From Vicugna vicugna (Eukaryota), in NCBI GenBank assembly GCA_013265495.1, contig MU060707.1, positions 2,147,247 through 2,211,246 on the forward strand: a stretch of DNA of 64,000 nucleotides, written 5' to 3'. Below are positions 53,321-63,300 of the stretch, piece after piece. The position numbers were made by a program, and so were the translations under genes. The notes below the pieces were generated by a model. The model was given only the letters and a program-made list of their open reading frames with translations. It was not told the DNA's origin and made no database searches. The number at the start of each line of letters is the position of its first letter. Within the stretch, counting starts at the first letter, position 1.

Positions 53321-54200
53321 GAGTTAGTATGGATTCCCCTGAACATGGAGTCTGAAATAAGATATTTGGATGGGAACTGTGTTTATCTCCTATTACTGCT
53401 TTGACAAATCACTAAGTTTCCACTTAAGTCAAAATCTGATCTGTCAGTTTTGGAGATTAGAGTTTGAAACGGGTGTCACTCGGATAAAATCAGGTTTGCT
53501 GGGCTGTGTTCTGTTTTGGTTTCTAGAAGACGCTTTCTTTCCTTGTCTTTTCTACTTTCTAACGCTTCCTGCTTTTCATGTCGTGGGCCCCGTCTTTGAT
53601 CTTCAGAGTCAGTACTTTTTTCTTCAGAGTTTTTTATCTTGAAACTGCTCTTGCCTCCACTTCTGAATCCCCTCTTCTACTCCATCCCTTTAATCACCCT
53701 TGTGATTACATGGTGCCCATGGGCAACATCCAGGGTAATCTCTTTCAAGTCATCTGATTAACAGCCTTAATACATCTGTGCCTGAGTTCTCCCTTGTCAT
53801 ATAACAAGATTTGGACGTGAACTTCTTCAGTCTACTTAACTGTCTATTTTGTTCAGTACCTTATTTGAAGCGATCCCAGAGAGCCCAGGGAAGGGAGGAG
53901 CAGATCAGAGACGGCGTGCTATGAGCAGCCACTGGATTGGGTATGACTGAGCTGGTCACCTCGACTCAGTCCCACAGGGGATCCTCTGAGGAACCATAAT
54001 GCACCTCAGAATTGACTCAACCGAGGGACAAGAGTCCAGTCATTTATGGACCGCCCCTGTCTGCCACCTTGTTTGTGGTTAGCTCCTAAGATATCCTTCC
54101 CCTGTGCAACTGAGATGGGACTATATGTACAAGGGGCCTGAGAAGGCAAGGTGTTGCAGGGCGCAGCCCGTGTGTCCTAGGTTTCCCTTTGAGCAGGTTC
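53321..54200 (+). mobile_element. ERVL-class LTR (LTR33/LTR40-like) in U8, split by MLT1
   Basis: gagttagtatggattcccc..ctgaaataag, then after the MLT1 ttatttgaagcgatcccagagagcccaggg. Confidence 0.6.
53378..53840 (-). mobile_element. MaLR LTR (MLT1D-like) in U8, same insertion site as in U2
   Basis: tgtgtttatctcctattactgc..., ggataaaatcagg, tcatctgattaacagccttaat, with the same left flank as 20138. Confidence 0.75.
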
Positions 54201-54424
54201 AGTGCCTACTGAAGCAAGGTGTTCCCTCTCCAGCCTCTTAGGAGAGGGGAAAAGCCTCCATCTTTTACAGGGAAGAATTTTACAGGGTCCCTAGATCCCA
54301 TCCAGACTTACCCCTACCTCTGTCTTCTACAAAGCCTGCCTGTATACCTTGGCTGCCAAAAATTAACAATAATTAACTTCACTGTGTTCAAACCATGATT
54401 TCTCTTTAAAACTCATTCTCTTCT

Positions 54425-55120
54425 AACCTCCCTCCCCCACACACACAATGGATGAGAATGGGCTGTTTCAAGATGTATAATTAGGTATATTTCATATGGT
54501 ATATTTTCCTTCCTGCCGTCTGGGTTACTCAGGTCTTCTCCCAAGGCTTGAACAACTTGGGATCTCATATCTCTGGCACCTCACACTGTTTTAAGATCAT
54601 GTTCCAATGATGAATTCATAGGTCATGGACTCATATCTTACTGTGCTTGTACCTTCAAGTGCAGCCCTCCTTAGTCTGTGGGCTCATTTTGCATGGGTTT
54701 TGCTTACTCTTCCCAAAAATATAGGTGGGGGAATGGATCATCTCACAACATGTGTCAGATCTCAGTCCTGTTACCCCTCCCCCCCCACACACACAATGGA
54801 TGAGAATGGACTGTTTCAGGATGTATAATTAGGTATATTTCATATGGTATATTTTCCTTCCTGCCGTCTGGGTTACTCAGGTCTTCTCCCAAGGCTTGAA
54901 CAACTTGGGATCTCATATCTCTGGCACCTCACACTGTTTTAAGATCATGTTCCAATGATGAATTCATAGGTCATGGACTCATATCTTACTGTGCTTGTAC
55001 CTTCAAGTGCAGCCCTCCTTAGTCTGTGGGCTCATTTTGCATGGGTTTTGCTTACTCTTCCCAAAAATATAGGTGGGGGAATGGATCATCTCACAACATG
55101 TGTCAGATCTCAGTCCTGTT
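54425..55120. repeat. Tandem duplication, 348-bp period, nearly identical
   Basis: cacacacaatggatgagaatgg recurs 348 bp apart (ORF starts 54625 and 54973). Two substitutions and a C-run length difference are visible. Confidence 0.95.
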
Positions 55121-56578
55121 GCAGGATGGGCCACTCAAGTTGCTGTGAATCTATTTGCTAAGCTGATGGCCGCTTGTAGACCATAAGGTATAGGGTGTAC
55201 CTGCTGGACAGTGCATGCAGGAAGTGCAGGTTGACTACAGGAAGGCTTCAGCTGGGTGCTCCTTAACTTTACGGCTTCTGACACCGCCAGCAACAAGGCT
55301 GACCCAGAAAAGCCCACAGTGCTCCTGGTGGGTCCGTAGCAGCATTTTCTGCTTTGGCCAGCCAGGGGCCAGTCTGGAAACGTGGAGCAGAATTCTGTGA
55401 CTGTTCCAGTCACCGCAGTGACGTTGAAGCTTGGGCGTCAGTGTATCTTGTGAAGTGAAAATGTGAGTCTAGTGTATTTTCTGGGTTGGGATTTGTCCTA
55501 GGCTTGTCTTCCCAGACTTATCCCTTCTCTGATTGTGTCTGGTGACATGTTTCAGGAAACATGTTTCTGAGTTCCTGGAGGATGGGTGCCACAGAAAAAC
55601 TTTTCAGACTATGTCAGACAGACGTGCATTGCTGATGTGTGGTGACAGGGTTCCACTTCTCTGGGCCACCCTGCTGACCCATGAGCTACTTTCCAAGCAG
55701 GGACCTCACAGGCCAGCTCTGGGCAGAAGCGCTTTTGTCTCGTCTTGGCTTCTCTGACAAGTTTGAGGAACACTTAATGGATCTGAGAGTCTACAGTGAT
55801 GAGCCCAGTCTACTTGTCCGGACTATGCCTGGATGGTTTTTTTTTCCCACCCTAGCATGGACAGGGTTGCCCTGGGAGAGTGATTACCATCAGGAAAATA
55901 AATGTCTGGATTTGAAATTGGGTCCCCATGTCTAATCTGACTTTCTCTTCCACCTGACAGTATAGACTTAATAGGATGTCTCAGCTGGCTGTATTCCTAT
56001 CAGTGCTGTCAACTGGTTCCTAGAGATATTTTTGTCATTTATTTTTCTGACCTTAACTTCTTGTATCTCAAAAGTAAATGCTCAAGGATGGGGGCTGTGA
56101 AGTCTACATTTACTCCGGCTATTTCATCTACTGGTCCCTGGTTCTTGGATTATGTTGTTGGTGACTGGCTACCAGTGCACTGTCAGGAGGAAAATTGAAT
56201 TCTTCCTTAGCAAAGGCTGAAAGAAGTCTTCAAATAAGAATTAACTGCCAGCCCTATATTGTTTTCTGAAATTTCTGTCGGAGGACAGGAGCCCCGTTCC
56301 TCTTTGCAAAGCTGGCAGGGGCACAGAGGCTGCATCTGTCTTCAGCAAGAAAAAAAAAAGCAGGGGCTCATTTCCAGTCCCTCAAGTCATTATGAACCCA
56401 CTTCCCTAAGAATGGTCTCCTGAAATGCTTATTATGAGTGACTGCTGCTCTTTCCTGACACAGATTTTTTAATTACCTTGGCAAATACCCAGAAAAGTGA
56501 CTGCATCTTTTACTGACGAAAAATTGCTAATAAAAGCAGTTCAGAGGCATCTCTTCAAAACACACGATTCTTTTAAAA

Positions 56579-56715
56579 NNNNNNNNNNNNNNNNNNNNNN
56601 NNNNNNNNNNNNNNNNNNNNNNNNNNNNNNNNNNNNNNNNNNNNNNNNNNNNNNNNNNNNNNNNNNNNNNNNNNNNNNNNNNNNNNNNNNNNNNNNNNNN
56701 NNNNNNNNNNNNNNN
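56579..56715. other. Assembly gap (137 N)
   Basis: Run of N. Confidence 1.
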
Positions 56716-56955
56716 CCTTGCTTTTTCCCCTCATCTGAAGAGGAAAGCATTCATACTCCTAAGTATAATGTGAACTCTGTGTTTTCCATTTGATGCCTTT
56801 TATCAGATTAGAGAAATTTTCTTTCCTTTTGAGCCTGACAGTTTTAAAAATCAAGAATGGGTGCTGAATTTTGAATGCTTTTTCTGCATGTACTGAAATG
56901 ATCATGAAGTTTTTCTTCTTTAGTACTACGATGAATTACGTTGATTTTTGATTGC
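56716..56955 (-). mobile_element. Old L1 ORF2 fragment next to the gap
   Basis: Reverse-complement L1 motifs aagaatgggtgctgaattttgaatgctttttctgca..tgaaatgatcatg..ttacgttgatttt. Confidence 0.65.
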
Positions 56956-57590
56956 AACACACAATTCTGATCATCACAATCGGGGAGGAGTTCAGTGTAG
57001 GGAATCTCTTCTTGTTAGATGATGACAGCACTGTCTTTATTGTTTTCCCAAATACTGAGCATCTGAGGACCGCATGCCTAGGAGGAATGCTTCTGTTGAA
57101 ACAATAAGATGATATCCTGGACCCACCTGTTGGATGTCAGGATTTTAACCCTTTACATTTCCGGGGATGTGCCATCAGATGGAGGTCTCCTCTAGTGTTG
57201 AATATGATATATCATGTCTCTGGGTATTTCCCAAACCACCAGCTCAAAGCAGTATCTTTCAGGAGGTGAGAGTTTCCTCTCTTCCATTCATCAGGTAGTT
57301 GTAAAGAGACCCATTTCCACCTCAGCTGCTCCTGCAAGGAGCAGTTTGCAGTGTGCTCAATCACATTATCCCCATTGTTTTGATTTAGCTGCCCTTCCTC
57401 ACCTCTGTCAGCTCTTTATTTTTAGATCTTTTCCATTCTGTATTATAGAAGGGACCTTGAGGATGTTCCTCCTGTTTTAATAGGGGCCTTTACTGAATAG
57501 GTTCTGAGGAATTTTGTGCCTTTAAGTCTTGGTGGTTTGCTGAAAGTTGTTGGGTGTTTCTAGAATTCTCCCTTAGCCATAAGTATTTTT

Positions 57591-60351
57591 TTTTCATTTT
57601 TTAGTTTTGTTAGGTAAAAGTGTTACAATTTGACCGCACATATACAGTATATTGCATGTAAATACATATATACAATATACTGTACATATTTTTAAAAAAT
57701 TTACCTATATGTACTTTTTATTGTTTCTAAGAACATTTAGTGCTTTAGCTTTTTAAACTTATATAGTTATCAAAGGAATAAAGCCAACCACAAAATAAGA
57801 ATTAATTTAAAAAGATACATACACCACACTCTCAATAGCAACATTCCTTATAATTGCCAAGATATGGAAGCTCTTAAGTGCACATCAACAGATGAATGGA
57901 TAAAGAAGATGCAGCATACGCATGTAATGGAATACAGCTCACCCATAAGAAGGGTATTTTGCCACTTGCAGCCATGCATTCACTTTTTTTCTTTTAAGTT
58001 CAAAAATCAGAATTTTATAACTAGCATAAACATTTCCATTGCATCAAAACCAACAAAATACCCAGAAATAAACTTAACCAAGGAAGTCACATATACTCCC
58101 CAAACTGTAAAACATTGATGAAGGAAACTGAAGATGATACAAAGAAATGGAAAGATATCTTGTGCTCTGGGATTGGAAGAATCAACATTATCAAAATGGC
58201 CACACTACCCAAAGTAATCCACAGATCCATCCTAACCCCCATCAAAATACTCGCGACATTCCTCACAGAACTAGAACAATTCCAAAATTTATAAGGAACC
58301 ACAAAAGACCCTGAACAGCCAAAGCAATCTTTTGTAGGTCTCTTTTTATTTCCTTCTCTCTTTTTGTTCTCTTTTCTTATGGTTTGACTAGAGAAAGTCT
58401 TTAACATGTTGTAAAGCTGGTTTGGTGGTGCTGAAATCTTTCAGCTTTTGTTTATCTGTAAAACTTTTGTTTTCTCCATCAAATCTGAATGAGAGCCTTG
58501 CTTAATAGAGTATCCTTGGTTATAAGTTTTCCTCTTTCTCACTTTGAATATATCGTGCTACTCTCTTCTGGCCTCTAGAATTTCTGCTGAAAAATGAGCT
58601 GATAACCTTATGGGAGTTCCCTTGTATGTTACTTGTTGCTTTTCTCTTGCTAATTTTAATATTTTCTCCTTATCCTTAATTTTTGTCAACTTGATTACTA
58701 TGTGCCTCAGTGTGTTCCTCTTTGGGTTGATCCTCTGTGGTACTCTATACGCTTCTTAAACTTGGGTGACTGTTTCCCTTCCCAGGTTGGAGAAGTTTCC
58801 AGTTATTCTCTCCAAAATTTTTCTCAGGTCCTTTCTCTCTCTCTTCTCTTTCTGGGACCCCCATAATATGGATATTAGCGTGCTTCATGTTGTGCCAGAG
58901 TTCTCTTAAACTATCCTCATTTCTTTTCATTCTTTTTTTCTTTTTTCTGTTCTGCAGTAGTGATTTCCATAGAAGAATCTGTCTTCTAACTCACTGATCC
59001 ATTCTTCTGCCTCATTTAGTCTATTCCTGGTTCCTTCTGTCATGTTATTCATTATCTTCAACTTTGTTTGGGTATTCTTTATATTTTCCAACTCTTTGCT
59101 AAAACCTTCAATCTGTGCATCTATACTCCTCTTTCGTTCTCTGAACATCTTTGTCGTCATTACTTTAAACGCTTTCCCAGATAAATTGCATATCTCCTCA
59201 TCACTTATTTCTTCTCCTGGGATTTTATCTTGTGCCTTGGCCTGGGAGGTATTCCTCTGCTGCCTCATATTGTCTAAATTCCTCTGCCATATTGTCTATC
59301 TTTCTATTTGTATTTTTAGGTAATTAGTTATGTTTCTTGACCTTGGAGAGGTGGCCCTCTGTGGGACATGTCCTATGTGTCCCAGCAGGACACTCTTCTC
59401 TTGTCACCCAAGGGCCAGGGTCCAGCTGGTCCCAGTGTAGAGTCTGGCCTGTGTTTGTGGATTCCTTCCACAGGCTTTGGGATTATTGTTTTCTTATTTC
59501 TGGTATCTGCCCCCTCCCCTATGGTGGACAAGGTAGGACTAGAGGCTTATGCAGGTTTCCTGGCAGGAGGAACCAGTGCCTGCCCATTGCTGAGTGAAGC
59601 TTTGTCCTGGACCTCTGGTGGGTAGGGCTGTGTCTAGAGGCATTTGTGGCTTAGGACATCTGCTGATGGGTGGGGCTGTGTTCCCACCCTGTATATTGTT
59701 TGGCCTGAGGCTTCCCAACAGGCTGTTGGGTGGGGCCAAGTCTTGGTGCTAATGATCTAGTCAAGATGTCAGCCTTCAGGAAAGCCTATGTAGATGGACA
59801 CTCCTGGAATGTCTGCCACCAGCTTTTATGTCCCCTCGGTGAGCCACAGCTGTCCTTTACGTCCCCAGGAGACCTTCCAAAACCAGCAGGCAGGTCTGGC
59901 CCAGATTCCTGTGAAATCACTGCCTCTGCCCTTGGATTTGGTGCACATGAGATTCTGTGTATGCTTCCCAAGAGAATGAAATCTGTTTCCCCCAGTCCTA
60001 TGGGGCTTCTGGAGATAAGCCCCATTGGCCTTCAAAACCAGATCTCCTGGGATCTCCTCCTCTCAATGCTGGAACCCTGGGCTGGAGAGCCTGATGTGGG
60101 GCTTAGAATGCTCACTTCTGTGGGGGGGCCTCTGTGACTTAATTGTCCCTCAGCTTGTGGGCTGGCCACCTGGTGGGTATGGGGTCCAATTATATTGCAA
60201 GCACGCCTCTCCTACCATTTCACTGTGGTTCCCTCCTTGTGTTTCCAGTTGAAGAAGATCTTTCTTGCTAGGCTCCAGTCTTTTTTTCCATGGTTGTTTA
60301 GCAGTTGTGATTTTGTTATAGCCAGGAGGAGAGACGAGCTCGTGGTCCTCG
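57591..60351 (-). mobile_element. Rearranged L1: 5'UTR plus ORF1 (minus), inverted ORF2/3' pieces (plus, about 57780-58330), A-rich tail
   Basis: ORF1p peptides (MRQQRNTSQAK...NRLNEAEEWISELEDR; NEDSLRELWHNMKHANIHIMGVPE). The 5'UTR runs to about 60351. Diverged 15-bp TSD gccataagtattttt (57576-57590) / gctgtagatattttt (60352-60366), 11 of 15 matching with all mismatches transitions. Array sequence resumes colinearly after it. Confidence 0.9.
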
Positions 60352-63300
60352 GCTGTAGATATTTTTGACATCCTCTCTCCTACCACACCGTCTAACTTTC
60401 ATGAAAATTTCATAGTTTAGGAGGAGAAAATTGGCTTTTGTGGAAGGAAGTATTGGTAAAGAGATCTGCTTTCTTTTTCCCACAAGCACTACTCTTCCAC
60501 TGAGGAGGACTTGGGGCCTATAGCCCTTCCCCTAAATCTTAGACAATCATTGAAAGAATTCTGTAAAGATTGGACCTGTCTGGAAGATGGGATAATTGGT
60601 GTGTGTTTTTTTGCCAGTTTGTTCTTTGATTTTTGCTAAATTCTGTGCTGATCCAGGAGAAGTTCTTAGAGGTAGCTGCCCTGAGGAAGGGGCTGCGGAG
60701 GATCTTGCATGCATGTAACTTACATGGGCACATGAGTTCCTCATGAGTCAGCTTGAGTAAAGGTGATACACCTGTTTCATTTCTGTTAGCTGTTATCATA
60801 CAGCAATGCACTGGGATTGAATATAAGCAAAAGAAATGACTGACCTTCAGGATTATGCCCTTGTAAAGCAAGTGACCTCCCCTCATCCTCCATTATCCTT
60901 GTTATTGACTGAGGCTAAGGTTGAACCCCTCTAGGGATGGCAGAGCTAAAGCAGAAGAGCGTCCCTCGAGCATTCTTGCTGGTGCATTTTCCAAGAGCTG
61001 TCCACTGGATTAGGATATCCTAGCAAAGAGCTGATTTGTATACGTGAACCTGAGCTACATATGATAGGAGAAGATGGTCCTGGAGGTGGAGTAGGGTGCT
61101 TGTAACCTACAGAGCAGAGAAACATACCATATTTTGTGTATGTTGTTCCCTCCCAAGCACCCATCCTTTATCATGTACCCCCAAATATGTTTTTCAGACA
61201 CCATTAGCCAGCTGGAATTGAAGGCATCAGAGTTGTTAGAAAGAGAAAGAGTCATATCCAGGGGAGAGATTTCATCTCGCCTATGCTGGGAATGGAGGCT
61301 GTGTTGCCTTGTTTGCTAGAAGAAGTTGTATTTGAACAATTTCCAACTTTTTCTTTCAAAATAGCATAATCTGTCCTGATATTCTACCATCTCCAGCTCC
61401 TGTTATTTCAAAGGAAGCCATGCTGTCTTCCCATTTGAAACTCCCATGATTGCCTCAAAAGGGAGACTGAGGGGTTTTTTCCACCACTTTCCTTATGGGC
61501 AAATCTCAGCAAAGCCTAAATCCAGAGCATGGCCTGACTAGACCCTGCACTGATATTCAAACGGGAATCCTTTCAAAAATATGTTTCTTTGACTTCTGTC
61601 CAGAAGTCTGTGGGTGGGGAAGGAGGTAGGTGGTGATGCCCAACACCTGAGCCCTTGATGGATAAAACCTTGACCTTTTACTTTTGTCTAGCCAATATTG
61701 TTGTTCCTACATCTTAAAAAAGGGAAACTTCCTTCCCTGCACACTTGTGATGTCCAGGTGAGCTGCCTTACTTTACAGCTTCCCTGGAAGAGTTGAGTAT
61801 GGGTGCACCAACTTATACGCAGACAATTCTCAGTGAATGTTAACAAATGAGCAGTATTTTTGTGGGTCTGGGTCAATTAGATCTTCTCTCCCAGACACTC
61901 ATACCCATGGCTCTTGAGTCACAGGCTCTCAGCCTTCCTTGCCGTGTGTTCCCTTTGTTCTGGGTGGCAAAGTCACAGGAAATTCCGGGACTCATGGGGC
62001 AAATGTTTGCTGCAGTTCTGTATAATGGGGCCACCACCTTCGCCACTGGTATGATCTGGTTGGTGCTTCTGCTGTCAGCCGTTGCTGAATTCTGTGCTAC
62101 TGTTTTCTGCATTTGATGTAGCAGTGCTTGAACTGCTTGCTCATCAAGGTTGAGTTGAGGCAGTTTCTTCAGGTAACCTAGTCTGGTGTGTGGGCTTGCC
62201 GAGAACAGCCTCCGATGCTCTTCAGCCGTAAAGAATGTGCAGCCCAGAGGGACACACTTCGTCGACAGGGTTGCTTTGCAAGTACAGTAGTTCAACCGAC
62301 TGGCTCACTTCTAAGTTTCTGTCTGCTTCAATTTACTGTTTCATGTGGACTTTTGAATTTAGCATCTTCTGATAGCCCGCATCTTGCCTTACTTTTTTCC
62401 CCTTAGGTTGCAGATAGTGTAGTTTTAACCATCACTGGCTAAATAAAGATGATCTTAGAGGGAACACATGCTGTTCACATGCAAAATTCTAAGGTGGCCC
62501 CAGGATCTCTGCCACTGATGTTATGACCACTATTAGTATGGCAAGGGTGAGTTTTTCAGATGTATTTAGGGTCCTGTATCAGTGGCTTCACCTGAATAAG
62601 ATCACCCTGGTTGGGTCAGACTATGCTGACTTTAGTCACTCGTATAGCAAGAGATTAGCACTAGAGACAAACCACACATTTTCCTTTCCACGTTGATGTA
62701 GCTGTGTACTATTACTGACACGACCTTGGACTGTTACCTGTTCATGAATACCCGCTCCCCTAAAGTAGGACGTGGAGAATTTTATGTACGTAGTGTAGAT
62801 TGGTGACTATGAAGAACTGACTTTCCAGGATTCTTCCCTGAAAGATAGTTTATGATGGTCACCATCCATCTGTGCCTCCAAATTTGAAAAGAAATGCTGG
62901 TAAAGAGAGCAAGTTGTATCTTTGAAGACAATATCCGTGAGGAGACCTAGTTCCTATTTTACTGCTGCACAGAAATCCCCACCAAATTCAGAGGAGGGGT
63001 ATATTCCCTACCCGAAATCCTAGCAGACTAGCTTAGAGGGACATGTTTAAATAAATAGGCATGTCTGCATGGAGGGAACAGAGGGCTGTTTTATTCTTCA
63101 GTGGGTTTCTCCTTGGGCCTCCTTTTCCCCAAGCTTCCCTGTGCTGCCCTACCTAGAAGGTGATGAGTAGAAATCAGGCTCACCTACAGAGGGAGCCACG
63201 CTAAAGGAAGACTAGTCCCTTAACTGATGGGGTCATGGAGGTTGCTCAAGAGTCAGCTTGTGCATCATTGATGTCCCTGTTGGTTGGGGTCAGGTAAATA

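Larger units (their letters stand above)
48990..54424 (-). pseudogene. Array unit U8 (contains recent internal tandem duplications)
   Basis: Landmarks at 49005, 49520, 49658, 49935, 50641, 51700, 52400, 53065, 53250; LTRs; partial head at 54210-54360. Holds the longest residual ORF of the array, 52305-52826 (173 aa). Confidence 0.8.

Noticed and set aside
54625-55161. Twin ORFs MDSYLTVLVPSS...
   Set aside because: They are a product of the 348-bp duplication with no independent coding evidence.
56497-56793. ORFs spanning X residues
   Set aside because: They are artefacts of translating through the N gap.
58087-59323. L1 ORF1 fragments as host genes
   Set aside because: They are frameshifted ORF1p of the L1 insertion.
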